DNA from: Camelus dromedarius
Taxonomy: Eukaryota
Assembly: GCF_036321535.1 (NCBI RefSeq)
Contig: NC_087437.1
Span: forward strand, 71,798,001-71,862,000
DNA: 64,000 nucleotides
Reading direction: 5' to 3'
Shown here: in pieces, positions 13,145 to 25,220 of the stretch
How positions within the stretch are numbered: position 1 is the first letter of the stretch
How the letters are laid out: the number at the start of each line of letters is the position of its first letter
Notes under the pieces: model-generated
Database searches by the model: none
Told to the model about the DNA's origin: nothing
The model's input: the letters and a program-made list of their open reading frames with translations, nothing else
Program-made: the position numbers and the translations under genes

Positions 13145-13390
13145 TTACTGATTTATTCCTGCATAAAAAATTACCCCCAAATAACAAGCACTTCTTATCT
13201 CACTCAATTTGAGGGTCAGGAATTGGGAGCCGCTTATGGGCTGGGTGTTTCCAGTTCAGGTCTCTCCTGAGGTTGTGGTCCAGCTGTGAGTTGGGGCCGC
13301 GGCCATCTGAGGCTTGGCTGGAGCTGGAAGGGCTACTTCCAAACCTACTCACCTGACTGCCAGGAGGCTCCATTCCTCACTGGCTGGCTA
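13145..13390. mobile_element. MaLR LTR remnant (MLT1F/G-like)
   Basis: ttatctcac...gggtcaggaattggg...ctggagctggaagggctacttccaa. Confidence 0.6.
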
Positions 13391-14857
13391 CTGCCTGGAT
13401 GAAGTGGGTGGTCGCTGAGGAGAAACTGTCCCCTTGGTTGTGGTGAGAGCTGGGGGAAGTTAAGTTACTGTCCTGGGCCTCATATTATTATCAAATGAGG
13501 GATTTGGGTAAGCTCTGAGGCACCTTCCCATTCTAAAATCCTGCGATTCTAATCGCAGCCAGAATGAACTTAGAATTTATGAGAGCCATGTCAGTGAGTC
13601 CACATGTCTATCCATGTAAGAGTAAAACCAATCAGCCTAGTGCAATTTGGCAAAAAAATAATAACCCTAAATCACTGAAGTTTACCATCTTAAGGCCTCT
13701 GTGCAAGCATGTTTGGGATTTGACAATATAGTTAACTTGTTTTTATTTTGAGTTAGACAAGATGCATAGGTAGCTTTAGTTTCATTTCTACTTGACTCCA
13801 GCCTTAGTCCTGAATCTATAAGTATGAGCATCTGAACCTTTGGAAGGTTTAGCTTCAAACTGGAGCACGCCAGGGTGCAGCCTTGGCTGGGGGTGCGTGG
13901 AAAGCTGTCCTGTTTCCCTGATCAAACTGTGCTCTTAGAGATGGCAGCCTCACCTTTGAGAGAGGCCAAAAGTCAGTCTAAATTGAGTTCCTTGTGGCTT
14001 AATTGTTAATGGTCCTTGGCTATTTTGCACCCTCATCCATAGCATTATCAAATCTCAACTCTGAAAGAAAAAGAAACTGACAGCCCCTTTGTCAGATCTT
14101 CACAGGACAAGAGGTTACTCATTCCTGCTGAGTCCGCCTATCCTGTCTGGCTGCCACGCTTAGAGTGGTCTCCGAGCCCTGAGCTGAACTCTGCACCCCC
14201 ACCCACTGCTGCCCAACTAGGCCTTACTCTTCCTTCTGATTAACTTATACAGCTGTTACTGACTCAGACTTTTAAAAGAATCTAAAGTAAAAAGTAAAAA
14301 CTACAATGAAATTGAATATCTAAGCTGTTTCATTTTCTAGGCTAAAATTTAAAGGCCTATGCCCTAACCTATTTTTTCTTTCCTGCAATTGGCTAAGGTA
14401 AATATTCACATTTATCTCATTTAACATGCCTTAGAAGTGCTTTTTCTTTCCCAGACTTTTTTTTGAGAGCCAAAAGCATTCAGTGTTATGTAAGGAAGTG
14501 TCATAAATATCACTTCCATAAAGTTCAACAAAATTTACTTTATTTTTTAGTGCTTGATGATCCCAGTGGTTGTCAAAGGGAGATTTTTTTTAAAAAGCCA
14601 AAGGGCCGGAAGTTGAGTTACAGCCCAGATCTGAGGCCATGAGCCCAGTCGTGCTCCTGGAAGTGACCTCAAGGCCCTCAATGCCAGATTGAAGTCACAG
14701 TAACTCGTTTCTTCTCTTCCCTGTTCCACTTCACCTTTCCTATCATTTCCATGTTCCTTACAGTCCTTCATTTCTTAAAATATTTTTAAAATACAGCTTT
14801 TCTGAAAATCATGTTCCGATTTAGCTGTTGGATGGAAAAGGATGCAAGACTCCCTTC

Positions 14858-14874
14858 TGGCCAGCAGAGGGCGC
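14858..14874 (+). promoter_or_regulatory. CTCF consensus site between CFAP44 and BOC 3' ends
   Basis: TGGCCAGCAGAGGGCGC, close match to CTCF core. Confidence 0.65.
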
Positions 14875-15639
14875 ACTTGTCCCAGCCCATCAGAGTCACT
14901 CCCGGGGCTGTCCCAGGTAGGACCCTGTTTGTGTAAATTGTGACTAGAGGCTGAAGCCAGGGTCTGGCACTGACGACTCTGAATGGGATTAAGTGTCTCA
15001 ATGGCATTTCATCTGTGACTTAACCGGACAGAAGTCTAGAAGATATCTTTCCCTCCGGAAGACAGGTAGTGGGTTAGGGCTTCCACTGCAAGCGTCAGCG
15101 TCCATCTAGTTGCATGTCCCCGTACAAAGTTTAAGCCTGTGGTTGGATGGCAGTAAATAAATGTTGACTTTAAACAACTAGTGAGTCAACTCGTCCAGCC
15201 ATGCTGGTGTATCTCTGGAGAGAAGGGAAGTGAATTTTACTAGGCACCGCATGCTCGTGTGTCGCATAGCACTTAACTAAATGGTATTCTGGAGAAAATA
15301 TACCCACCTCTATAGAAAAGATTAGTTTCATCCCCTCAGTCTGACCAAAGCTTTACCTCCAAGTCCATCAATAGAACGCAAATCTGCTCCGCGCCTGCTG
15401 TCCACCGTCTCCCTCCTGGACCAGCTATCAACGAATCCGCGTTAATAAAAATAACTGACATTCAATATTTAAAAAGACAAAAAATTAGAAACATCTGCTG
15501 CCTTTTCCAGCTCTCCTCTTGAGGGATCGTGGAAAACATCACCAGTGGGTGTTTCTTTAAATCTGCAGACTGAGTCCTAACAGCTAAAAATAATGCTGAC
15601 TCCTGTGACTCAGCTGAAGGTTACAAGGGAGACTAGACA

Positions 15640-15665
15640 TTTATTTAGACGTTACAGTGTTTATT
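15640..15665 (-). terminator. BOC distal poly(A) signals (tandem AATAAA at 15660-15665 and 15640-15645)
   Basis: Two TTTATT on plus strand about 450 nt past the BOC stop; TGTA just upstream on minus strand. Confidence 0.7.
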
Positions 15666-16110
15666 TGTACAGAGATATGTTGCCGCAGATTACTGATTCT
15701 GGAAGACCTGTTAATGCTTATAGGACTATACACATCTTAGACTCACGGGCATCGTCTGAAAAGGCTTCTCGCAGCCCTGGCCTTTTCCTCCCGGTCACTG
15801 GTCGGCGTGCCGAGGAGCCTCCCTCCATGGGCGCCCCCGCAGCCTCCCGGGCAGCTGCCGCCTCAGTGGGTGTTGCTCTTTCCCAGTTGACACCTGTTTG
15901 GTCGTTGCTTCTTTGTTTTCCCTCTCCTGCCCCAGTGGGCAGGATTCCCTATGTTGCTCCAGAAGTATACAAACACATATACATTTATTTACAAGTGCAT
16001 AAATATATAAATATGGCTATTATAGAAAAATAAATACCACTTTCTTCTTTGAAAAAAAAACAAAACAAATAACACTATATATATAGTCTTTCTGGGATAG
16101 CGGCTTCTGC

Positions 16111-16298
16111 CTAAATTGTAGGAGGTGGTGTTTCAAAAGCCACGGGCACCGGTGGGCTGGGGGAGAGCCGCCTCCCACGTTCCTGCCCTCCGTAGGCCCC
16201 CGTGGGGTGCTGGGGAAACCAGTCTCCTCTGCCCGCTGGGCAGGAGTCAGGACTGTCCACCTCTTCAACCGGGACGAGGCCCAAGCAGCACGGCGGCC
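16111..16298 (-). CDS. BOC: BOC coding exon 18 (last), cytoplasmic tail
   Basis: GPPCCLGLVPVEEVDSPDSC...AFETPPPTI then TAG at 16113-16111; cag acceptor. Confidence 0.93.
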
Positions 16299-17321
16299 CT
16301 GGGGGGAGAAGTGGGAAACATCAGAGTCCAGCCTGACCAGGATCCAGCGCTCAGCACCGCTGGGCCTGCCTCTACCTGTGACGGGAGCTGGTGATGCTGG
16401 CCTTGAAGGAGGACAGAGACCTACAACTACAAGGACATTCGACCTGGCGCGGGCCACCTACGTGCTGCCTGCTCATCTCAGCGGTGGGACTGTGACCTTA
16501 CCCTGTACCTGGGAGCAGATGAAGTCAGCTGAGCCCAGGAACTGCATAAAGAAGTCCTGCTCTGTCCAGGTGGGAAGTCCACCCACTAGTCTACCCTCCT
16601 GCCTTCTGGTCATAATCATCCCACTTAGCTCATTCCGCCAGGTGGAGAGAGTCCGATGTAAAGGACACTGGGGTCTGGCTCTACAAGGTGCTTGTCTTGG
16701 TATTTTATCTCCCAGAGACAGAGTCTAGGACTTGCATGTGAACTGGCATCCACGCCATGGAGGATCATCAGCTAATTCTGACACAGCCTGAGCCCCAGCC
16801 AAGTATCCATGGACTTCTGACAGGTTGGCACAAGACAGTGGGCTGGGGGTGGCGTGTACTGGGCCCCTTGGAGAGAAAGTTCTGTAGAAGCACAGAGCTC
16901 TGAAGATGATGTGAGAACTTGGCTTCTCACTGATGGGTGCGACCTCATTCCTTCATGATGAGACAAGACCCAACAAAGCAAGATATTTGGGAGTGATTAG
17001 AGAATGCCTCTTGGGGTGATGAGAGGGCAATGGGAATTCACGAATGGCCTTGAAATGCCGAGACCAAAGGGGCTTCTTACTCTGAAGTGGAGGAGTGCCC
17101 TTTCTCTCAGCCTTTGGGGACACAGCTTGCCATGGTGGAATAGGACCCACCCGACATGTCCCTGCAGATCTGCTGGGCCTTTAGCAGGGAAGGAGGTGGC
17201 CAGCTCCCTTCCCACCCCCATCTCTGAGATAAAAGCTGTGAATGGCTCCTTACAAGCACCACCTTGAAGGCCTATCATCTTCCCAGCCTGCTCACTTTCC
17301 CACCCTGCCCTTGGCGCTGAC

Positions 17322-17515
17322 CTGGGTGAAAAAGAGGGTCCCATGTCGCTTCCAGCCCAGGACTCTGGGGGACACTCCTGACGCCTGGCTGGCCCACGGC
17401 TGCAGGCTGCTCCTGGAGGTGGTGGCAGTCCTGGTGGGGCGGGAGCAGCTGGTGCGTTGAGTCATCGGGCAGTGTGTACAAGAAGGTGCCCTCGTCCAGG
17501 CTGGATGCGGGACCC
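17322..17515 (-). CDS. BOC: BOC coding exon 17, cytoplasmic
   Basis: GPASSLDEGTFLYTLPDDSTHQLL...WDPLFHP; cag/gtcagc. Confidence 0.92.
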
Positions 17516-17968
17516 CTGTGTGCGTGAGGCCAGATGGAGGGGTGAGGTAGGGGCAAGGGGGCGCCTGTGTCCCCAGCCCTGGCTGCTCCTGTCTGAGGGC
17601 GGCAGAGCTCAGACAGGGCAGGGACGTCAAGAGGCTTCACACCATCACTCTCACAGGTAATTCTAGCCTGTTTCCATTTGATTCCGTGTGTGTCCTGAAT
17701 GTATGAGGGTGTGGAGTCAGGTTTGGGGGCCTGTGAGCAACCCCAGCGGTGTCTGGCCCACCAAGTGAGGGAAGGATTTTTGAGCAGAAAAGGCACTGTG
17801 ACTCAGACGCAACAACCACCCCTCAGGCTAAGCGTCCGGGGGGAGCAGCCTGCGGATGTGGGGATCCCTGAGTGAGGCACAAGTGGCCCCCTCTGGGTGA
17901 CTGAGGCTGGGGTGGGGCCGCTAGCAAGACAGTGGGTGCTGGGCTCGGGGCCGGACGGGCCCGGGTAC

Positions 17969-18045
17969 CTGGGACTCCGGTGCCCGCGGGGGTCAGGTCC
18001 ACTGCCGAGAACGGTCTGCCGCAGCACGCTGGCGGGGTCCTCCTG
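17969..18045 (-). CDS. BOC: BOC coding exon 16, cytoplasmic (tandem acceptor; 5' edge could be 18042)
   Basis: QEDPASVLRQTVLGSGPDPRGHRSPR; phases 0 and 2 fit neighbours. Confidence 0.85.
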
Positions 18046-18226
18046 CTGCTCAAAGAGTAACAAAAAGGTCCCATCAGGGGGTCCAGGTGACCTCCCTGTT
18101 CACTGCTCAGCAGGCCTGGATGCTGCTGCCTGAATTAGAGGCAGGAAGGGAGGAAGCCCCAAGAGGCAGCCCAGCCCCTCTCCACGGTGGCCCAGACCCG
18201 CTCACCACCCACCCCAGCCACGTTAC

Positions 18227-18462
18227 CTGCTGGAGCTCCCCTGGGCAGTGCAGCTGAGACTTCAGGCCCCCGTAGCCCGCGGCAGCCGCAGGGCAGGCCC
18301 TGTTCACACGGACGCCGCTGGCAAAGGCCCGCCCACTGGTGCCACTGAGGTAGGGCTGCCCACTGGCTCGGTGGCCGGGGAGCCCTCCCAGTGGTACCAT
18401 AGTGTACTGGCAGGAGGGGGACAGAAGGGCACTTCGCGGAAAACCCAGATCTGTTGTATGTT
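18227..18462 (-). CDS. BOC: BOC coding exon 15, juxtamembrane cytoplasmic
   Basis: KHTTDLGFPRSALLSPSCQYTMVPLGGLPG...CPGELQQ; ccag/gtaacg. Confidence 0.92.
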
Positions 18463-19166
18463 CTGGAAGGACAGAAGGATGGAGGTCTGCTCAGGCCAAG
18501 GAGGCCTGGGGCAGCTTGAATCTCAGAAAAGTCCTGAGGATGTGAGGTCAAGTGAGGTAGGCAGGGAGCGGACACTACCCTAGGGATGAGGATGTCGTCT
18601 CAGGAAATTCCTCCTGTCACCCACTGCTTCCTGACATCTAGACTTTTTTCTGCAGTAGGGAGAGGAGATACAGGACCAGGGTTTGTGAGAACTAAGTGTT
18701 AAGTGAACAGTAGGCGCAACATTTAAATGAGGCAAGTTGACAAGATGTGTTGCCATCTGAAGCAGAAATTAGTGGGTAAATCAGATTAACCCAGGATAAG
18801 GGGAAAGTTCGAGGCAGCCCCAGAGGCGGGAAGAGACAGGGTCATTTAAAAGTATGAACAAGTGGTCAGAGCATAGCTTCAAACAGTAAAAGAAGCCAGA
18901 GGCAGGTGGATACCGAGTTCCAGGGACGCAGAGGGGACAGACCAAGTCCCACTTGACCCTTTCCATCTGCCAACGTCCGTGAGCTAAAGGGAAGGGCCCG
19001 TCTCGGACTGTTCTGACTCTCCCCAAGTCCTCAGGGGGCCCACCAGGAACCTGAGCTCTGGTGTATGAGAAGCAGGGCACCTGTATCCCGCCCTGGGCAG
19101 AGGCCTCCCTGGGGGCTGCCCCCCACCCCAGGCTCCTTCCCCTTGGTACTGAGGTCACTCACTCAC

Positions 19167-19388
19167 TTTGCTTAGACCAGGCCCTCCACAAGCAGAAGGG
19201 GATGAAGGCGACGATGATGAGGACAAGGGAGCCCAGGACGACCCCGACAATCAGGTAGGGCAGGTCGCTGGAGCGGGCCACCATGGCCCCGGTGCCCACT
19301 GGCCGCTCCATGGTTTCAGGGGGCAGTGGCTGAGGTGGGGCCAGAGTTGGGGGTGGGAGTCGCCCAGGCTGACCAGAAAACTTCCGAG
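19167..19388 (-). CDS. BOC: BOC coding exon 14, stalk and transmembrane helix
   Basis: ARKFSGQPG...SSDLPYLIVGVVLGSLVLIIVAFIPFCLWRAWSKQ; gcag/gtgagt. Confidence 0.96.
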
Positions 19389-19949
19389 CTGCAATTGGGA
19401 CAAAACTCACTTCAGCATCTATTTCTTTAACATTTCTTTCATAAGAAATAGTAAAAAACAAACAAACAAAAGACCTTGATTTGATTCCACGGGTGTGAAA
19501 TTGGGTCAAACTTATATAATACAGGGCCTTTGTTAGGTGAGTGTGTTGTCCAACCTCAGCATAAAATTGGCATCTCATGTGAAACTGGGCATTGCCGAAG
19601 AGATGTGAATCTCACATTTCACAAGGCAACCTGAGAGACTTGTGGGCCAAGACCCAGGGCTCACGCTGGGTCTCCGGGGCAGAAGTGGTATAGAGGGTTT
19701 CTAAAAGAAAAGCTGGCGACCTTTTAGAAGAAGATATTTTAAAAGGCATGAAACCAGCAAAAGATGGAATTTCCCCATGAGTTTGCTATTCCTGGGTGTG
19801 TTGAGAGGCGTGGAGTCCTAGGTGTGAGCTGGGGTGGCCGAGCAGGGAGACAGCGTGCTGGGTGGGGCTCACGTGGACGGACGGTGGTTGTGAAATGCCA
19901 ACCAAAGGGGACGGGATGGCAAACTCATCTGGGTCCTGCTGTATCAGGG

Positions 19950-20700
19950 TGACCTGACACCGTTCACTCCTTGACTTGCTACTACGGTCTTCTGGGTTTC
20001 CCACGACCGCTCTGACCATGGCCACTTACATTTCTCTTTCTTGCCCTTTTCTGTCTTCACCTCAGACACCGGGAAGTCCTCCTGGTCCTTCTCAGTCTGC
20101 ACTCTATTCACTTCCTGTGATTTCAGCCTCCATCTCGATGACTGCCAAATATCCCCACCCAGGCCCTCCTGCCCCCGCCCCCGGCCACAGGAGACCTGCC
20201 TTCTCTTGTGGGGCACACTATTTCAGTCTCAGGACTGTTCCCTGAGGTCTCACCTTGTCTTTTCTCATGGACTCTGGTTCTCCTCCGGCCTCCCCATTTC
20301 AATAAGTGGCCACACCACCTCTGTGGTGCTTCAAGCTGGAAACTTAAGGTTTACTCTGAACTCCTCTCACTCTCTCGGCCTCAAAGTGCTATCAGTTGTG
20401 GTCCTCTCTGCACTTCCCCAGAAGAGACTCAAACCCACACCTTCGCTTTAATTCTCCCCCCTCAGCCCATTCCTGCATGGTCCAGTGAGCTTCCGGACAA
20501 GCAAATCCAACAGTGACCCTTTCTCCACCTCTCAGCCCACAGTCTTCAATGACCCGATGCCCTCACATCCCTGGCTTCTTCCCTAAGCACCCCCTCTTGT
20601 CCTCCCAGGGCCATACTCTCCAACCAGGTGAGCGACCTGCAGGTTTGTCCTGTCCTCTAGGCCTCCCCCTGCATCCAGGCTGAAGATTCAGTCCTTCTGG
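19950..20700. mobile_element. L2 remnant
   Basis: Pyrimidine-rich degenerate sequence typical of L2; edges uncertain. Confidence 0.45.
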
Positions 20701-21471
20701 AAGACCAGGGCAGAGCCTTTGTGAAGTCTCTGTTCTTTGCCCTGGGGACTCTGTGTCACCTGGTACAGGATTTCTGGCTGTGCACGTACCTGCCCCCGGC
20801 TTCACTGCACGTGATAGAGGAGTGTGGGAAGTACATGCAGGAGGGAGAATGTTGCCAGTGATGGGAACGTGGATTGTTTTCTTGTCTCCATTCCTATTCC
20901 TTTGGGATCTTCTCCTCCTGATCACATTCTTTGCAATGTACTTTCAGTATTTGCAAAATAGAAATGATATCGATCTACTTGATCACTGTGCAAAAATTAA
21001 CATTATATGAGTATGTTCAGTGTGTTTTACTGCGGGGAAAGGGTCTGGGCTTGTAGTTAGACCACTGGGCCCCGAGCATGCTCCACCGCTAACTGCTGTG
21101 TATCATTTCCTGATGCTGAATTTCTTTCCTTTCTCATGGGGTTGTAGTTAAATTAAGTAAGCCAACCAATGGAAGTACCAAAGGGTAAGTGCCCAGTGTA
21201 GGAATAAAGTGTTTATAGAAAGTTCCCAACTTAAGAACGGGTTCTAGTCCCTGATTTCATGTATGAGTTAATTCCCAAGCCGTCATGATGGCAACCCATT
21301 CATACTTGGGCAAATCAACATAAGGGTTTAAAATGACGAAGTTTGGGGATACATGGAAAATAAGGAGTCATCCTGGGGAGGAGATATACCCAGCTCGGCG
21401 CACAGAGCAGTGACTCTGCCCTTGTCTGCTGGGAACAGCAAGAGGAGAGCAGAGAACCCAAAGAGAATCAC

Positions 21472-21594
21472 CTTTGGTTTCACAGATCATCACGTTGCTG
21501 AACTCGCTCTCCCCGCCTTCGTTGAAGCACTGCATCTTAATGTCGTAGGAGGTCTCCGGCTGCAGGTGGCTGATGGAGTGCCAGTATCTGTCCC
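21472..21594 (-). CDS. BOC: BOC coding exon 13, end of FNIII-3 (Hedgehog-binding domain)
   Basis: [41 protein letters not shown]. Confidence 0.96.
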
Positions 21595-21932
21595 CTGGGA
21601 AACAGCAAGAGAGGCACGTGTGGGGATCATGCACGGGGTTTGCCTGGCCCCCATCTGCAGCCACACTCAGGGCTGTGTGTCTGAGCTGGTGCCATGGACT
21701 AGCACAGGGGGCCATGTGGGGAAGGAGCACTGAAGGACATAGTCCAAGTGCCCACCCACTTCCTGTTGTCCCATCACCATGGGAAGGAAGCACGGGGGCT
21801 TATGAACTGGACGACCCCGAGTATGTCATGAAGGAGCCAATGATCTGGGACCCGCCAGCCCGTTTTGTACTTTCACCAACTTCTAGACACACCAGGGCCA
21901 ACAGAGGAAACTCACACACAAGTGTTTCTCAC

Positions 21933-22038
21933 CTTCCACCATGTCCTTCTTGTAGTCACTGTCATTGTCGCTGTCTGTGGGCCGGTAATAGATATAAAAG
22001 CCATGGATTGGGGTGTTGTTGTTACTTGCTGGAATGTA
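21933..22038 (-). CDS. BOC: BOC coding exon 12, FNIII-3
   Basis: [35 protein letters not shown] (hand translated); tag/gtgaga. Confidence 0.95.
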
Positions 22039-22477
22039 CTATAGGGAAGAAAGAAGAAACAAGTTGCCAGTGGAGCAGGGAAATCATCATGTGAGCAGAT
22101 CCGCTGGTGGCTGGAATCATACCCCAGCCTAGAGTTTAAAATTCACTAGGGACCCAGACAAACATTTCTGATGACAATCCCCAAGGCCCCCTGGTCAATG
22201 CTGAGGAGATCACGCCTTATTTTATTTAGCGTAGCAGTCCCCAACTTTTGGAGACAAGAAACAAACTGCCATTTCTTCAAAGACTGAAGTCCCCTCAACC
22301 TGGGTATCGTGAGGGTGAGTCTCTCTGGCCCGAGCCCCAGGTTCCCAGGCACGCAGGTGGAGGAACACTTAAGGGGAAGCAGCTTGGAATGAGTCAGGGA
22401 AGAAAGGTGATTCCTTCCTGCCCGCGCTGCGGCTGCCGGCCCCGTCCTCCCACGGCGGTCTGCGCCAGGCCACTCAC

Positions 22478-22659
22478 CATCCACTTGAGCATGATGGTGG
22501 TCTCGTTGACGGCGTCGGTGAAGGTGATGTAAGGGCCGGCCACGGGCCGCTCGTACACGCGGCTGCTGTAGCCCGACACCACGTAGGGCCGGGAGGGGGC
22601 GCTGGGCTCGCTCTCCCCCAGCATGTTCAGAGCGCGGACTCGGAACTTGTAGGACGTGC
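22478..22659 (-). CDS. BOC: BOC coding exon 11, FNIII-2 end and FNIII-3 start
   Basis: GTSYKFRVRALNMLGESEPSAPS...TDAVNETTIMLKWM. Confidence 0.96.
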
Positions 22660-22992
22660 CTGGGGAGAGACACGGCCTGACTGCCCCACGGCCCATCCAG
22701 GCTCAGGACGTGGAGGGATCTTCTGGGCAGCCCTTGCCCAAAAGCAAGCCCCAGAGTACTCAAGAATCCCACCCTCATCAGAGAGGAGCCACACAGGAGG
22801 TGCCTCTAGACCAAGTATGGAGCTAGGGAGAGAGAAGGAAGGGCTTGTGGGACCGAGGTAACTCCACCAAGAGCGGCCAGGGAGCCTGATGGTGAGTGGA
22901 GGACAAGCGGAGAGAAGGACCTCCAGGCTCCCATTCTCCTCCAGGTGGCCGGGGCAGCTGGGGACCAGGTAGGACAGTGGCCAGGACCCTAC

Positions 22993-23199
22993 CTTTCTCC
23001 AGGCCGGTGATCTCCACCGAGAGCCGGGAGGGCGGGATGGCGCTGGTGGCCAGAATCCAGTCCCCCACTTTCTTTAGCTTCTTGTACTCCACGCGGAAGG
23101 ACTGGATTGGGAAGCCACCATTCCCACGGGGAATCCAGGTCACATACACTGAAGTCTCAGAGGCCATGGAGATCGTGGGCCTGTCTGGAGCTTCTGGGG
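22993..23199 (-). CDS. BOC: BOC coding exon 10, FNIII-2
   Basis: [38 protein letters not shown]...ITGLEK. Confidence 0.96.
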
Positions 23200-23699
23200 C
23201 TGGAGGAGACCATACACAAGAGAGGAAGGAAGCAGGAGGAAGGGACGTGGTGAGAAGGTGGGTGTCCTGAGACTGGACCTGGCCTGTTCCTGATCAGGGC
23301 CAGCTTCCCCCAGTGCCCTCCGTCCCCCCGGTGGCTGCGTCAGGTCTCCCTGGGGCTCCCTGGGTCACTCTCCCCTGGTAGGAGCCCTTGGAGTTAAGAC
23401 GCCTAAAAGCTATGCTTCTGCAATATCAGTGTGGAGGCCAGGGGCCAGCTCTTCCCCCCTCTACTGCTTTCTGGACCCAGATGGTCAGCAACCCTAGTGT
23501 CAAACTCCAGTGTCTTTTCTGAAAAGCTCCTATCCACATCTCATTGTGGCTAACTGGGGAGAGGCCAGACAACACAAGGACTCCTGCACCCACGAACCAA
23601 GATCCCATTCAACCTGCAGCAATGAGCCTTCTGAGGCAGTGGACCTGTAGCCAGTTCTGACCTCTCATCACCCTGCCCTTGGGTCTGCTGGGGGCTTAC

Positions 23700-23810
23700 G
23701 GGACAGGCGGCCATGGTCCAGCTGGCTGCTGCTCTGGGGGCCGGCTCCAGGGTCATCTCTCTGGATCTGCTGCTCCTTGCTGGCTATGATTTCGGGTTTG
23801 GGCCGCCGTC
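23700..23810 (-). CDS. BOC: BOC coding exon 9, FNIII-1/2 linker
   Basis: GRRPKPEIIASKEQQIQRDDPGAGPQSSSQLDHGRLS; ccag/gtaagc. Confidence 0.94.
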
Positions 23811-24170
23811 CTGGGTGAAATAGGTTGGGGTCAGCACAAGGAGTGTGCATCAGGTCTCCCTTTCCACAGAGTCCCTTCTGCCTGAGGCTCTGCCAAGAGA
23901 TCTGACAAGACTATGTCAATAATAGAGGACACTGGAAGTGTGGTCATGGAATTGCACCTGGCCCCTGAGTGCAAGAGAGGCAAAGGGATGTCAGGGGGCC
24001 AGCTGGTGATTCTGCTGATGGGAGGTGGGACCACAGGGAGGCAGTAGCTGAAAGGAAGGTAAAGTTCAAGGTGAATAGCTGGGGTAAGGCGAGCAGGGCT
24101 TCCCACCCGGCCTGACAGGACTGCTCGGGTTCACGGAAACCCCACGCTGGGGGCAACCTGGGACCCTTAC

Positions 24171-24330
24171 CAGTTCGGAAGGTGACCATGGCCGTCTGGC
24201 CTTCACCTGCACAGTTGTAAGCTGCCATCTCCACCTCATACAAGCTCCCAGGGTCGAGTCTGGTGAGGGTCAGGCGGTGCTGGCTGGCTGGGATGCCAGA
24301 GATGGTCCATTCGTCAGAGGAGTTTGTGAC
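24171..24330 (-). CDS. BOC: BOC coding exon 8, FNIII-1 second half (alternative acceptor 24333 adds Gln)
   Basis: VTNSSDEWTISGIPASQHRLTLTRLDPGSLYEVEMAAYNCAGEGQTAMVTFRT. Confidence 0.95.
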
Positions 24331-24764
24331 CTGCTGGTGAAGGCAGCTGGTATAAGGACTGGCATCTTGGCCTGGAGCTAGAAGTGGGTTGTGGTTTGCA
24401 AGGAAAGCAGAATTGAGCCTCAGAGGGCAGGAGAAAGGGAGGGAGAATGGGCCAGGGTTGGGGCAGGGGTGGCCCAACAGAAGGCAGACTGGTCCTGCTG
24501 GCCCTGGGACACCCATCCTCGCTGGGACAGTACATTCAGGCTCCCTCATCCCTCATCTAATGATCTCATCAAAGACAACTCGGTGGGGAGAGTCAAAGGG
24601 CCCAAGTGATACTGCTGGGAGTTTCTCCAAAGACCCTCTGTTTTTCTAAAAACCTCCCTATTTAATTTTCTTTCTCCTTGATCTATTTAAACCAAACATT
24701 CTAATGAGATGATGGTGAAAATGATGAAAGTAGCAGCACCAGGAGAAGCAGCCCCATCTGCTGA

Positions 24765-24970
24765 GTGCTGATTATGTGCCAGGCACACACTAAGCACTTT
24801 ATATGCACCATAAAGTGCTACCATGGCAATAGCCCAAGAGATGGGAGTTAATATTGTTCCTGCCTCGTAAGTGGGGAGACTGAGGCTTACAGAGATGAGT
24901 GATTTGCCTAAGACCACACTGCTAGTGAGCACAGAAACCCTGACTTGACTCCAGAGAGCGAGTTCGTAAT
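24765..24970 (-). mobile_element. MIR SINE
   Basis: tatgtgccaggcac...gagactgaggctt...gatttgcctaagaccacac. Confidence 0.75.
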
Positions 24971-24989
24971 CATAACCTACCCTGGAAAG

Positions 24990-25220
24990 AGAGCCTGGGA
25001 GCCAAAAAATCCTGGGTTCAAATCTGGGCTGTCTCTCCTACCACACACAGGTTACCAGCTGTGTGACCCTGAGCAAGGTTCCTAATCCTTCTGATCCCTT
25101 AAGCTCTCTATTTCTAAAATGAAGCAAAGAAAATCTCTCAGGTCATCCTGAAGATTAAATCTGATGATTTACGTGATGTGTTGAGCATTGAACCTGCACA
25201 CAGTAGGTTCCCAACAAGCG
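24990..25220 (+). mobile_element. MIR SINE, head-to-head with the previous one
   Basis: cctgggttcaaatc...agctgtgtgaccctgagcaag...cacacagtagg. Confidence 0.7.

Noticed and set aside
13405..13413. Perfect GLI site TGGGTGGTC
   Set aside because: About 0.5 copies expected by chance in 64 kb on both strands; isolated and next to an LTR remnant
24765..25220. Adjacent inverted MIR pair as a hairpin or miRNA precursor
   Set aside because: Copies look too diverged to form a long stem
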